Positions 34,297 through 44,568 of a stretch of 64,000 nucleotides of DNA are shown here, piece by piece. The stretch's first letter is position 1. Each line of letters starts with the position of its first letter. Under the pieces are notes generated by a model that had not been told where the DNA came from, searched no databases, and saw nothing but the letters and a program-made list of their open reading frames with translations. This DNA comes from an uncultured Acidobacteriota bacterium (GTDB taxonomy: Bacteria; Acidobacteriota; Terriglobia; Terriglobales; Acidobacteriaceae), in contig CAVOTQ010000017.1 of NCBI GenBank assembly GCA_963699385.1, forward strand, positions 37,277 through 101,276, written 5' to 3'. The translations under genes and the position numbers were made by a program.

Positions 34297-34749
34297 TTAG
34301 CGGTGTCCGCGCCCGCCTGCGCCACCGTGCCCGGAGAATCCGGGAGAGTGTTCGCGGCCTCCGTCGTGGCCGGCGGTTCCGGTGTGGCCGTTTCCATCCC
34401 GCGCTTCATTGGCGCGGAAGCCACTGAAGGGATGCTCGCCACGTTGGGGCAGGGGTCCACGATAACCGTTACGCGGATCAAAGCGATTGTCTACGTGACC
34501 ATAAAAACCGCGAGGTCCGTGGAACCAGGGTCCAACGCCGATAAACACGCCGTTCAAGAACCAATCCGGCCCGTAGTAGCCGTAGGGCGCGCAATCGTAA
34601 GGCGCGTAGTCGAAATACCCGTAGGGACAGTAGGGCTCGGGGCCAATATTGACGCCGACGCCGACACCGATCTGAGCCGGCGCGTGAGCGCAGCCTGCAC
34701 CGAAGAGGCACAGCAAACTGAGCATTACAAAAGATTTGATTAGACGCAT
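34297..34749 (-). CDS. Pro/Tyr/Gly-rich exported hypothetical protein
   Basis: Signal/lipobox GAGC; PYCPYGYFDYAPYDCAPYGYYGPDWF; GGAGG RBS. Confidence 0.75.
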   Translation of the reverse strand: MRLIKSFVMLSLLCLFGAGCAHAPAQIGVGVGVNIGPEPYCPYGYFDYAPYDCAPYGYYGPDWFLNGVFIGVGPWFHGPRGFYGHVDNRFDPRNGYRGPLPQRGEHPFSGFRANEARDGNGHTGTAGHDGGREHSPGFSGHGGAGGRGHR

Positions 34750-34843
34750 CTTCTACCTCCGTTTTGTCGACTTGATACACAGAAATTAAGATGCAGGATT
34801 CGAGGCAAAGGCGGCGTGGGGAGGGAAATTTTAGAGATGGTTA

Positions 34844-35024
34844 TCCTGCCCTTTCGCCCAAGAGCCGGCGATAGGATGGGGCAAGCTGGCAACACGGACG
34901 GGGACGTCCGCGTTACAGCCGGCCGGGAGGCCGGCGCTACATCGGTCTCCTCAGGATGGGCAACGGCGCGGTGTTGGCTATCCCACCCTTTTCCGCAAAA
35001 GACGCGGAAATGGATGGGGCACGG
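34844..35024. repeat. Composite REP cluster (A - B - B - A)
   Basis: Family A 34844-34884 and 34981-35024 flank two family B units at 34894-34941. Confidence 0.82.
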
Positions 35025-35137
35025 ATGCAGTGTTTTGATGCCGAATCGACAAGGCGCTTGCGGTCGAATTTATGGGCGAGTGCGTGTGACGGATAGACTG
35101 AGCAAGACGGGGCAAAACCGAATGAGCGGGAGAGAGT

Positions 35138-37525
35138 GTGAATCGGCGAACGTTTAATCAGCTTGCCGGGATGGCAGCCTGCGTGGACTGGGCAACACCG
35201 AACGCAAGGAGTGCGCAAGCAATCGGCTCGGCGCGGCGTGTACTCAACCTCGATCGCGATTGGATTTTTGCGGGCAAATCTACTGCTGCGGCGCTCGATC
35301 CCGGCTACGACGACACGGCTTTGGCTCGCGTGACATTGCCGCACACTGTTGCCGATCTTTCGTGGCGCAACTGGTCGCCATCGCAGTGGGAGGATCTTTT
35401 TGTCTATCGGCGCCACTTTGCGGTGCCTGCCGCCTGGCGAGGGTTGCGGCTGTTTGTTCATTTTGATCGCGTGATGGCGAGCGCGACGCCCGTGGTGAAC
35501 GGGCGCAGCCTGGAACCACATGCGGGCGGATTTCATCCGTTCGATCGCGAGATTACCGGCCTTACTAGTGAGAAAGAAAATGTGCTTGCGGTTGCGGTGG
35601 ATTCGCGCTGGCAGAACGTGCCGCCGGCCGGCTCGCCGCGCGGGGCGGCCGCAGTGGATTATCTATTGCCCGGCGGCATCACGGGATCGGTTGAACTGCG
35701 CGCGTTGCCCGCAGTGTTTTTGCGCGAAGTATTTGCCAAGCCGGTCGATGTGCTCGAGCCCAGCCGGCGAGTTGAGGTTACATGCCGTGTGGATGCGGCT
35801 ACAGCGCTGCCGGTACACGTTCGGCTGGAGGCTGAACTGAGCTGGGGCGAACAAACGATTGCGAGATCCGCGCAGAGCGCTTTGATGGAAAAGTCCGATC
35901 AGGAATTTCATCTGACGCTCAGCAATCTGGGCAACATTCAGTTATGGGATCCGGAGCATCCGCATCTCTATCGCGTGGAGGTCACGCTTTTTCTTGACGA
36001 ACGCCCCGCGCATCGTTCGGCTACGCGCATCGGATTCCGCGAAGCAGGTTTCGCCAGGGATGGATTCTTCCTGAACGGCCGCCGCACCCAGTTGTTCGGA
36101 TTGAACCGTCACGAGCTGTATCCGTATCTTGGCTTCGCTGCGCCGCCGCGCCTGCTGCGCCGTGACGCGGAGATTTTGCGTAAGCAATTCAACTGCAATA
36201 TCGTGCGCTGCTCGCACTATCCGCAGTCGGAGGCGTTTCTGGATGCCTGCGATGAATTGGGGTTGATGGCGTGGCAGGAGCCCCCGGGCTGGCAGTACAT
36301 CGGCGACGAGAGTTGGCAGGACCTGGCTGCGCGCGACGTGGAAGCGATGATACGACGCGACCGCAACCATCCGGCGATTGTGATCTGGGGCGTGCGCATC
36401 AATGAGTCGCGCAACGATCCCGCGTTCTATCGGCGCACGCGCGAGTTGGCCAAGTCGCTGGACGATTCGCGGCCTACGTCGGGAACCATGACGCCGGACT
36501 CAAGAAAGAACTGGCAGCAGGAGTGGCACGAGGATGTGTTTGCGTTTGACGATTATCACGCCGCTCCCGATCACAGCGTGGGCATTCTCGATCCTGTGGA
36601 CGGCTACCCTTACATGATTGCGGAGACGGTGGGGCAGTTTAATTACGCGTTGGGCAAGGGATTCGCTGTGAGGTACAGGAGGGCCGGCGACATTGTGCAA
36701 CAGACGAGCCAGGCGCTCTATCACGCGCAGGCGCACAGCAGGGTTGCGGATCACAACCGCATTGCAGGAACGATTGCATGGTGCGCGTTCGACTACGCGA
36801 GCCTGATGAACGATTACGAGGCAATCAAATGTCCCGGTGTCGCCGATGTTTTTCGTCTGCCGAAGCTGGGGGCTGCGTTTTATCTGGCGCAAGTTGAGCC
36901 GTCGGTAAGGCCGGTGATCGAGCCGAATTTTTACTGGGACTTAGGGCAGCAAACTCCGTCGGGTCCGGGCGAGCAAGCGGCCATCTTCTCGAATTGCGAG
37001 CGGCTTGAGATTTTCGTTGACGGCAAGCTGCATGCGACAGTCAAACCCGATCGCGCGAATTTTCCGAATCTGAAGTTTCCGCCGTTCTTCGCGGATCTGA
37101 AATTGGACGGTGCGGTACATTCCGAGTTGCGCCCCGAGTTGCGCATTGACGGCTACGTGGGCAAGACGCGCGTGCTTTCGCGCAGGTTTTCTTCGGACCG
37201 CGCGGCGGATCGTTTCTGGCTGCATGCCGACGATGCGGAGCTTGTGAACGACGGCGCGGATAGCACGCGGCTGGCCTTCGCAGTTGTGGACAAGTTCGGC
37301 GCGCCCCGCGCATTCGCCGGAGGAGAAGTTGCGCTCGATCTCGACGGGCCGGGGGTAATTGCTGGCGACAATCCGTTTGCTCTGGAGGCGAACGGAGGCG
37401 CGGGCGCGGTGTACATCAGGACGGTGCCGGATCGCGTGGGAACGATTCGCATCACTGCGCGTCACTCTACGCTGGGGACGGGGTCTGTTGAGATTCGCGT
37501 GAGGGCGCAAGGGAGCGAGAGTTAG
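35138..37525 (+). CDS. Glycoside hydrolase family 2 (beta-galactosidase-like), Tat signal
   Basis: NRRTF twin-arginine; GLNRHE, RCSHYPQ, CDELGL, RDRNHPAIVIW, RINE acid/base motif. Confidence 0.92.
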   Translation: MNRRTFNQLAGMAACVDWATPNARSAQAIGSARRVLNLDRDWIFAGKSTAAALDPGYDDTALARVTLPHTVADLSWRNWSPSQWEDLFVYRRHFAVPAAWRGLRLFVHFDRVMASATPVVNGRSLEPHAGGFHPFDREITGLTSEKENVLAVAVDSRWQNVPPAGSPRGAAAVDYLLPGGITGSVELRALPAVFLREVFAKPVDVLEPSRRVEVTCRVDAATALPVHVRLEAELSWGEQTIARSAQSALMEKSDQEFHLTLSNLGNIQLWDPEHPHLYRVEVTLFLDERPAHRSATRIGFREAGFARDGFFLNGRRTQLFGLNRHELYPYLGFAAPPRLLRRDAEILRKQFNCNIVRCSHYPQSEAFLDACDELGLMAWQEPPGWQYIGDESWQDLAARDVEAMIRRDRNHPAIVIWGVRINESRNDPAFYRRTRELAKSLDDSRPTSGTMTPDSRKNWQQEWHEDVFAFDDYHAAPDHSVGILDPVDGYPYMIAETVGQFNYALGKGFAVRYRRAGDIVQQTSQALYHAQAHSRVADHNRIAGTIAWCAFDYASLMNDYEAIKCPGVADVFRLPKLGAAFYLAQVEPSVRPVIEPNFYWDLGQQTPSGPGEQAAIFSNCERLEIFVDGKLHATVKPDRANFPNLKFPPFFADLKLDGAVHSELRPELRIDGYVGKTRVLSRRFSSDRAADRFWLHADDAELVNDGADSTRLAFAVVDKFGAPRAFAGGEVALDLDGPGVIAGDNPFALEANGGAGAVYIRTVPDRVGTIRITARHSTLGTGSVEIRVRAQGSES

Positions 37526-37732
37526 GGCGATTCCAAGACAGGTGTGGCCAGCGTTCGCGCCGCCATCATCCTCGGTCCCCAAAAGCGAGAGACCGGGGGC
37601 ACCCCCCACGTGGGAGCAGCCCTGCGCCAGCAGCGATTGTTTTCGCGTTGGCGCCGGCGAATGCCTCTTTACGGGGGACCTGAGGCCGTGCAGCATGCGT
37701 TGCCCGTAGACTGAGGAGAGAGGTTTCGTGCG

Positions 37733-38317
37733 ATGCAATGGCCGGCTCAATTTTTGCTTTCCGCGCTTTCGGCGGCGCAGTTTCCCAGGGCGGAAGCGCC
37801 GGAGATCGCATTTCTGGGACGGTCGAACGTTGGCAAATCGAGTTTGCTGAACGCGCTGGTGGGCGAGAAGGCCGCAAAAGTCTCGTCGACGCCGGGGCGC
37901 ACACGCGCCATCAACTTTTTTCTAGTGTCGGAAGGGCGGGGAAAGCCGAAGATGATTTTCGCCGATCTGCCCGGCTACGGATACGCGAAGGTTTCAAAGT
38001 CTATCTCGGCGGAGTGGCCGACTTTTGTCGAGCCCTATCTCGCGGAACGCGAGACATTAGCATTGTGTATCTGCCTGGTGGACGCGAACGTGCCGCCTCG
38101 CCCCAGCGACCGGCAGTTGCTGGATTGGCTGCGGGCCGCGGGCCGGGATTTTGTGGTGGTTGCCACCAAGATTGACCGGATGAGCGGCAACGAGCGCACG
38201 CGCAGCCTGGCGACATTGAAACGAGCTCTCGATGTCGAGGAACTTTTGCCGGTTTCGGCGAAGACGGGGTATGGGGTTAAGGAGTTGAGGCAGAGGCTCG
38301 AAGAGGCAGCGGAATAG
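37733..38317 (+). CDS. engB: Ribosome biogenesis GTP-binding protein YihA/YsxC
   Basis: GRSNVGKSSLLNAL, SSTPGRT, DLPGYGYAK, TKID. Confidence 0.95.
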   Translation: MQWPAQFLLSALSAAQFPRAEAPEIAFLGRSNVGKSSLLNALVGEKAAKVSSTPGRTRAINFFLVSEGRGKPKMIFADLPGYGYAKVSKSISAEWPTFVEPYLAERETLALCICLVDANVPPRPSDRQLLDWLRAAGRDFVVVATKIDRMSGNERTRSLATLKRALDVEELLPVSAKTGYGVKELRQRLEEAAE

Positions 38318-38372
38318 GGAACAGGGAACAGGGAACAGGGAACAGGGAACAGGGAACAGGGAACAGGGAACA
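38317..38372. repeat. (GGGAACA)8 perfect heptamer array
   Basis: Eight exact units between convergent stop codons; degenerate relative at 48868-48902. Confidence 0.95.
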
Positions 38373-38385
38373 GGATGCTTGTTGG

Positions 38386-39177
38386 CTATGATTTGTCGGC
38401 TTCAAACCACTGCTTCTCCTCGATACCGCGTATGTAGGAGCGAATCTCGTAAGGAAATGCGATCTCACTGCGGTCCGCGCGTTCTCTTAGCTGCTGGGAA
38501 AAGCGGGCGACGAATTCGCGATTCGTTGAGAGCAGGTGCAGATCCTGTGCGAGGCGGCCGAGGTAACGCGGAGCCAGTCGCAGCCAGCGGCGGGGCGGCC
38601 AGTCGTTGGGGTCGAGACATTCTAGAGCGATTGCATCGAGCGTTGCCAAATCCTTGCGACGAGACGAGTCCACTTGCCAGACGACCAGCGCCGGAATGCT
38701 GGTCAGATCGGCTTCGTCGTATTCGCCTTTCTCATCATTGTTAGGTGCCTCATGGAAAGGCGGGATGGGTACGTCGCGGCGGAGCAAGTCGGACTGGACG
38801 CCGCGCTCGTTCATCTGGCGCTCCATAGCGGCCGGGGCCATGGCCACACAAACGGAAACGGTTTCGCGCTTGCGAAGCTGGTTTTTGAGAACGCGCAGGG
38901 CCTCGTCGAGCGAATTGACGAGGAAATCGGCGATGGCTTCACGAATGGCCTGCTTTTGTGGGGCGGGGTCTGCCGATGCGACGAGCGTGGCTGCTCCGGC
39001 GATGTTGGCAGCGACTACGAGAGCGCGACCTTGTTCGTCCAGTTCTCCGGCATAGAAGAGCTTGCCGCCGAGGCCGGATTCGGGATCGGCGTATGGGGAC
39101 GCTGTCAGCTTTGCGTAGGCCTGCGCTATGCGAGCGACAAAATCGAGAACGTCTGGAGATGGAGGGGCGAGTGCCAC
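38386..39177 (-). CDS. Hypothetical protein resembling a degenerate urocanase Rossmann domain
   Basis: LGGKLFYAGEL...AANIAGAATLV...DFLVNSLDEALR...VSV parallels the HutU NAD domain but lacks the GLGGMG loop. Confidence 0.6.
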   Translation of the reverse strand: MALAPPSPDVLDFVARIAQAYAKLTASPYADPESGLGGKLFYAGELDEQGRALVVAANIAGAATLVASADPAPQKQAIREAIADFLVNSLDEALRVLKNQLRKRETVSVCVAMAPAAMERQMNERGVQSDLLRRDVPIPPFHEAPNNDEKGEYDEADLTSIPALVVWQVDSSRRKDLATLDAIALECLDPNDWPPRRWLRLAPRYLGRLAQDLHLLSTNREFVARFSQQLRERADRSEIAFPYEIRSYIRGIEEKQWFEADKS

Positions 39178-39454
39178 GGGTCTATCTTAACGAGCGATTG
39201 GGCTGCGGGGCGAATCCCATGGAACCGACGTGATGAACGCAAAGTGGGCTAAATGCAGCCGCAGGTCCTTCGACTCCCTCTCACCTTCCCTTTGCTTCGC
39301 GCAGGGAAGGCGTTCGATCGCTCAGGATGACAACAGTAAAAACGGATCGAGCGAATTTTAATCGATAGGCGCGGGCGAGAACGCCCGCGCTACAATTTTC
39401 GAGTGCGAGGCGAGCGGCAGGAGGGCTAATCCGTGATCTTGATTGCGGTTCGAC

Positions 39455-39913
39455 CTAATCATCCAGCTCGCGCCAGTTGTGCTTCCGGACGAAGAAAACG
39501 AACTCGCCGGGCGCAGCGGTGTAATGGGTCTGGCTGCATTCGTTGGGAGCGACCACGCCCGACTTGAGGATCTGGGCGATGGGATACCAGATGTCCCTGT
39601 CTTTGTCGGATTCCTTCGCGACTTCACAGTTGACATAGGTCTCCGTCGACATTTCGTAGGTGGCCTTGACGGCGATTTCCTTGGCGTCGGGAGGCAGCGT
39701 GACGGTGACGGTTCCGTCGTCATTTATGTGGACCCATTCGTTATGTGCGGTGTCATGGTGGTCAACGCGCACCAGATAGTTCGAGGCCTTTACGGGCAGC
39801 CCGGTTTTGCCGTCGAGCAGGCGGATGTGGATGGTGTTTTCCGATTGGGCGTGAAGGCCGGCGCAAATTACGGCAGCGCTCAAGAGCGCGATGAAAGCGC
39901 GGAAAACTGGCAT
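39455..39913 (-). CDS. Secreted hypothetical protein
   Basis: Signal peptide ending LHAQ; IRLLDGKTG; two Cys; GVVAPNEC; GGGAG RBS. Confidence 0.75.
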   Translation of the reverse strand: MPVFRAFIALLSAAVICAGLHAQSENTIHIRLLDGKTGLPVKASNYLVRVDHHDTAHNEWVHINDDGTVTVTLPPDAKEIAVKATYEMSTETYVNCEVAKESDKDRDIWYPIAQILKSGVVAPNECSQTHYTAAPGEFVFFVRKHNWRELDD

Positions 39914-40144
39914 ATCGACTCTCCCCCGGGCGCGGATCAGGATGACAACACTCTATTAAAACGTGTTTCAAGAATGATTGTATAGATTACGGTTGTCATC
40001 CCGCCGGACTGAGCCCAGTTCGCTTCATGGCGGCTTTCGATGCATTCCGACTTTGCTCAGGGCAGGTTTTGAAGGCCGCGCCTTTTTGTTGCTCAGATGA
40101 CAGGGGTGTCTGTGTTGCGAGCCTAAACGAGAGGACTCTCAAAG

Positions 40145-40570
40145 TTACCAGGAAGAATAAGGCTGTCCGTCGGTTCCGGTTTCGGTCGAGCCGGAATGGA
40201 CGTCGGTGATGCCAGGCTCGGTCTCATCCAGCGAGTACATGGATTCGCTGCTGTCGGTTACCCAGGTGTCTTTGCTGCGCGTGATGGGATCTTCGGGGAT
40301 GGTTCTGATGTAGCCATCCTGGACCAGGTCGTCGAGCGACTGCGGTCCCTTCTGCTTGTCCATGGTGTAGGTGTCGATTGCGGTGCGCATGGTCTGTAGA
40401 TCTTCTTTGAGCGCGGCCTCGCGCGCGTGCCTGACGGCGCCCACAAAGCTGGGAATTGCCATGGTGATGAGGATGCCGATAATGGCCATCACGATCATCA
40501 GCTCGATGAGGGTAAAGCCGGATTGTGCACGGTCCTTGCGCAAATGCGTTTCCTCAGCTGTTTTCACCAC
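40145..40570 (-). CDS. Type II secretion pseudopilin (GspG-like)
   Basis: GFTLIELMIVMAIIGIL prepilin motif; PQSLDDLV...YIRTIPEDP. Confidence 0.9.
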   Translation of the reverse strand: MVKTAEETHLRKDRAQSGFTLIELMIVMAIIGILITMAIPSFVGAVRHAREAALKEDLQTMRTAIDTYTMDKQKGPQSLDDLVQDGYIRTIPEDPITRSKDTWVTDSSESMYSLDETEPGITDVHSGSTETGTDGQPYSSW

Positions 40571-41220
40571 GTTGCGTATTTGGTCCCGTCAAGCGCGGTT
40601 CCCTGCGATTTTGAGTGCACATCGAAGACACTCTGGCCGCCAAATGAGTCGGAATCAGGATCGTCCTGCATGGAGCGCAATCCCCACTCCGCCTGGCCCG
40701 TCATGGGATCCACGGGAATCTTGCGGAGAAACCTGAGTTTCTTGCCCTGCACGTCTACGCCGTCTACGAGAGTTTGCAGGTCGGGCGGGTAGTTCTGACT
40801 CTCGATCTTGGTTTGGAATGCGCCCCTGTCGGCGGCGTCCTTGTATTTATCGATGGCGTCGCGCATCATCCACAGGTCGGCGCGGAGCTCACGCTCCTTT
40901 TGCCGCTTGACCTGGAAGCGCACGAGGGGCAGGGCAGCCGACATGAGAATGGTGAGGATGGCCGTGGTCACGATCAGCTCAACCAGCGTGAGACCGCGTT
41001 GGCTGCGCAAGCGGAAAAGCGAAACGTTGCGAGTCGAGGTCTGGGCCGTTGGTCGAATTCCGGGAAGGCTTCCCTCAGGGGCTAAAGCCCGCGAATCTTT
41101 GCAGAGTTTTTCGGCACGACTAAAGTCGTGCCCTGATACAAAACACGAGGCGTTTGCGGCACGACTGAAGTCGTGCCCTTTCAAGGCAACGAATTGTCCG
41201 ACAGTGCGCGAAAAATTCAT
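40564..41220 (-). CDS. Type II secretion pseudopilin, start uncertain, REP-derived N-terminal extension
   Basis: GLTLVELIV prepilin motif; KERELR..L..MRDAIDKYK, FLRKIPVDPMTG. Confidence 0.88.
   Translation of the reverse strand: MNFSRTVGQFVALKGHDFSRAANASCFVSGHDFSRAEKLCKDSRALAPEGSLPGIRPTAQTSTRNVSLFRLRSQRGLTLVELIVTTAILTILMSAALPLVRFQVKRQKERELRADLWMMRDAIDKYKDAADRGAFQTKIESQNYPPDLQTLVDGVDVQGKKLRFLRKIPVDPMTGQAEWGLRSMQDDPDSDSFGGQSVFDVHSKSQGTALDGTKYATW
41072..41184. repeat. REP-like palindrome family D (GGGGCTAAAGCCC...GGCACGACT.AAGTCGTGCCC)
   Basis: Homologous intergenic copy at 46599-46665 with a compensatory stem change. Confidence 0.82.
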
Positions 41221-41231
41221 CAGCGGCAACC

Positions 41232-43742
41232 CTACTTCACCACGATTGTGGCTTGGCCTGTCTGCACCGGGACTTGCTGCTGGGCAGTGTTCACAACGGA
41301 GGCGCGCGTGATGCCAAGCCCGGTCTGGCCTGAGGCCTTGGCCTGGAAGGTAAGCACGCACACGACGCCTGTGCCGGTGACGCCGCGTGTTCCCGGCGGC
41401 CGCGAGATGCTGACGACGAGAGTTCCCGGCGGATCCTCAACATGACTGAGGCCGGTTGGCTGGCCGTCGCGGCTGAGAACGTCTCCGGCTGCAACGCCGG
41501 TCAATTGCAGGTTGGCGGTGTCGTAGTGCAACTGCAAGGCAATGGAAGTCACATCGGCTCCCCCGTTGAGCACGACGGGAACCTGGAAGCTGGAGCCTGC
41601 GGCCATGGGCGTAGCGGGCACGTTAAGAGCCAGGCTGGCACTGGCCGTGGGTGGTGGCGGCGCAGCGGCTCGGGGCGCGGTTGCCGGAATCTGAGGCGCG
41701 GCAGGTGGCGGGCTGGGTGGCGACGGGGTGATGGGCAGATTGGGTTGCGGAACGGCCGCTTGCGCGGTGGCGGTGGGGCTGCCATTGGAGCCCAAATCGG
41801 AGCGCATCTGCGCCAGCATCTGCGGCGCGGCCTCGATCGCGCTCTGCGCGGGAATCGATCCCACGACTGGGCTCCGTGCCGGCATGGTGTGTGCCGCGGG
41901 CACCACAGCCGGAGCGGGTGCGCCATTTTCGTCTCCATGACGCAGCGTGATGGACGACTGCCCCAGGCCGGTGTCGATGACGCGCAGGTTCGCCTGATCC
42001 AGTTCCTGCGAACGCACGATGTGCGGCACCACCACGAAGACGATGTCGTCGTCCTGGATGGTGTGATCCTTGGAGCCGAAGATGTACTTGAGAATCGGGA
42101 TGGCGCTCAAGCCAGGGATGCCGGTCCAGTTCACCGCTTCCTGCTTGTTTTGAATGCCGCCGAGGATACTGGCTTCGCCCTCGCGTAGCCGGATAGTCTG
42201 GTCGACCACGCGCTGGCTGATGATGGGCTCGGTGACGCCGCTGATGGTGACCTGGCCGCTCTCGGCGGAGACGGTGATGTTGATTTTGAGCGTAACGTCG
42301 TGGTCGTAGTGGATGCTGGGCGTCATCTCGATATTCACGCCCACGTCGGTGTACTGGAACTGGGTGTTGACCAGCGAGCTGACCAGCGCCGTGGCCGCGC
42401 CGGTTTGATAAGAGCCGGTGGCAATGGGGATCTTGGAGCCGATCTTCATGGTGGCTTTTTGCGCGTCGGTGGCGCGGATGCGCGGGCTCTGCAGAACTTT
42501 GGTGTTGTTGTCAGTGAGCAGCAGATTGAGCGTGGCCGACCCCACGGTGACAGCAAAGTCTGTGGAGTTGAGATGGGCGAGGCTGTAAAGAGTGGGACTG
42601 ACAGTCGAGGTGGTGCCGGTGGTGCCTGTGGTGGTGGAGGAAGTGGTGGAACTGCAGGAATTGGTTGCCGCGCAGTTGGGCTGCAGGGTGACGCCGAAGC
42701 TCGAGGGCCATTGCATTCCCAGGGTCTTCTCCCAGTTCTTGCTCACTTCCAGCACCGCGATGTCGACTACGACCTCGCCGCGGGGTTTGTCGAGGTCGTC
42801 GATGAGTTGCTGCGCCAGCAGGAGCTCGTCGGTGGTGCCGCGCATGACGATGGCGTTCTGGCTCTGCACCGGAAAGACCTTGGCGGTGGGCATGAGGTTG
42901 CGGATTGCGGTGGCGACATCATTGAGGTCGTTCTGCTGCCATGCGTTGGTCAGGTAGAAGGTCTCGACGGCCTGCTCGTCCAGGTCGCGCCGCTTGGAGG
43001 GAGTGTTCTGGGCCACGAAGATGGTATTGCTGGTGACCGGACGCCAGAAGGTATTTGACATCACGCTCACGATGCGCAGGGCATCGAGCAACGAAACATT
43101 GCTCAGGTCTACATCAATGCGGGTCGAGTGATAGTCGGGATCGAAAAGGACATTGACGCCGGCGGCCTTACCCACGGTCTCATACACCACCTTGGAATCT
43201 TCGGCCATATGCAGGGAGAGCGGCTCGTTCGAGACTGGCTTGAGCTCTGGCGGAGACTCGATGGACTGGAGTTGCTCGGCTTCCGCGGGAGGCTCGGGAA
43301 GCCCCACCTCGGGTACCGGCGCGCTTTCACCCTGCTTCTGGCGGAGGCGCGCGATCTCCTGCTGCGCGGCTTCGTTGCTGGGATCGATCTCGGCTGCGTG
43401 GAGAAATTCGCCGAGCGCGCCCTGGGAATCGCCGGCCTGCTCCAGCTTGCGGCCATTGCTGACGTGCACCGAAGAAGCCGTGACGCGCACGCGCGCAAGC
43501 GCAATCTTGAAGCGCGGGTCTCTGGGATCTTTGTTGGAGGCTTTCTGAAAGTCGTCGAAGGCCGTGTCGTAGTCTTCACGAGCCTCGGCGGCTTGACCCA
43601 GCTTGAAATCGGCGTTGGCTGATTCGGCGTAGACCCTTGCGCCCGGCAAGCCAAAGCCTGCCGCGGCAGCAAACAGGACGATGGCGAAGACAGTTCTCGA
43701 TGTCATGAAGCCGGCCACGGCCGGAGCGGGCGTGCGATTCAT
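41232..43742 (-). CDS. Type II secretion secretin (GspD/PulD-like) with N-terminal TPR-like and C-terminal cohesin-like domains
   Basis: GVNVLFDPD, DDLDKPRGEVVVD, LQSPRIR, KIGSKIPI, QYTDVGV, IPGLSAIPILKYIF; true start near 43707-43742. Confidence 0.88.
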   Translation of the reverse strand: MNRTPAPAVAGFMTSRTVFAIVLFAAAAGFGLPGARVYAESANADFKLGQAAEAREDYDTAFDDFQKASNKDPRDPRFKIALARVRVTASSVHVSNGRKLEQAGDSQGALGEFLHAAEIDPSNEAAQQEIARLRQKQGESAPVPEVGLPEPPAEAEQLQSIESPPELKPVSNEPLSLHMAEDSKVVYETVGKAAGVNVLFDPDYHSTRIDVDLSNVSLLDALRIVSVMSNTFWRPVTSNTIFVAQNTPSKRRDLDEQAVETFYLTNAWQQNDLNDVATAIRNLMPTAKVFPVQSQNAIVMRGTTDELLLAQQLIDDLDKPRGEVVVDIAVLEVSKNWEKTLGMQWPSSFGVTLQPNCAATNSCSSTTSSTTTGTTGTTSTVSPTLYSLAHLNSTDFAVTVGSATLNLLLTDNNTKVLQSPRIRATDAQKATMKIGSKIPIATGSYQTGAATALVSSLVNTQFQYTDVGVNIEMTPSIHYDHDVTLKINITVSAESGQVTISGVTEPIISQRVVDQTIRLREGEASILGGIQNKQEAVNWTGIPGLSAIPILKYIFGSKDHTIQDDDIVFVVVPHIVRSQELDQANLRVIDTGLGQSSITLRHGDENGAPAPAVVPAAHTMPARSPVVGSIPAQSAIEAAPQMLAQMRSDLGSNGSPTATAQAAVPQPNLPITPSPPSPPPAAPQIPATAPRAAAPPPPTASASLALNVPATPMAAGSSFQVPVVLNGGADVTSIALQLHYDTANLQLTGVAAGDVLSRDGQPTGLSHVEDPPGTLVVSISRPPGTRGVTGTGVVCVLTFQAKASGQTGLGITRASVVNTAQQQVPVQTGQATIVVK

Positions 43743-43946
43743 CCTACTCCCCGGCGTTTCTCGAGATCCCCCTGCGCAACCCGCAGCGGCGTTTTGCAGC
43801 CGGGGTTGAAGATTTCCAGGGGGCGTACTGATGAGATTCCTTATGCCTATACTCGGTGAAAAACGCTGCCTCATTCTAACAAAGCTGAGCTGCTCTCGAT
43901 TCGAAGCCGAGCCGATGCTACGATTGACGTTCAAGGATGCTGTTCC

Positions 43947-44498
43947 ATGCCCCGCCAAAGCAGCCACATTATCGTTCCCAAAGACGCGCCGGCCGCGAAA
44001 AAGGCGGCCCAGCCGCGCGACCCCGTGGCGAGCGGCGAGCGCGACGCCGCGCACAACCGGGCTGCCAGCCATAATTACTTCCTCCTCGAGAAGTTCGAAG
44101 CCGGCGTGGCGCTGCGCGGCACCGAGGTGAAGTCCATCCGCGAGGGGAAGGCCAACCTGAAGGACTCCTACGGTCTCATCAAGGATGGCGAGGCGTTCCT
44201 GTTGAACCTGCATATCGGGCCCTACTCCCACGGCAACATGGCCAACCACGATGAGACGCGTACCCGCAAACTCCTGCTGCACCGCGAGGAAGTTCGCAAG
44301 CTACTCTCCAAGACGCAGATCAAAGGGCATACGCTCATCCCCACGCGGCTCTATTTCCGGAAGGGTCGGGTGAAATGCGAGCTGGCGGTGGCCAAGGGCA
44401 AGCAGGATTGGGATAAGCGGGAAACGGAGCGGCGGCGGGAGGGGGACCGCGAGGCGCGGGCGGCGATCAAGGCGAATAAGCATCGGAACAGCCAGTAG
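43947..44498 (+). CDS. smpB: SsrA-binding protein
   Basis: NRAASHNY...FEAGVALRGTEVKSIR...RTRKLLLH...KGKQDWDKRE. Confidence 0.96.
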   Translation: MPRQSSHIIVPKDAPAAKKAAQPRDPVASGERDAAHNRAASHNYFLLEKFEAGVALRGTEVKSIREGKANLKDSYGLIKDGEAFLLNLHIGPYSHGNMANHDETRTRKLLLHREEVRKLLSKTQIKGHTLIPTRLYFRKGRVKCELAVAKGKQDWDKRETERRREGDREARAAIKANKHRNSQ

Positions 44499-44568
44499 CT
44501 TCTAGCTATCAGCTTTCAGGTCGTAGTGTGAGTGTGAGTGCGAGTGTGAGTAGGCGGGAGCTACAGGT

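Noticed and set aside
43743-44282. N-terminal extension of the 1016-aa secretin ORF overlapping smpB
   Set aside because: Mostly the antisense shadow of smpB; the signal-peptide-like start lies near 43707-43742
43947-44560. tmRNA gene next to smpB
   Set aside because: No tRNA-like ssrA termini recognisable nearby
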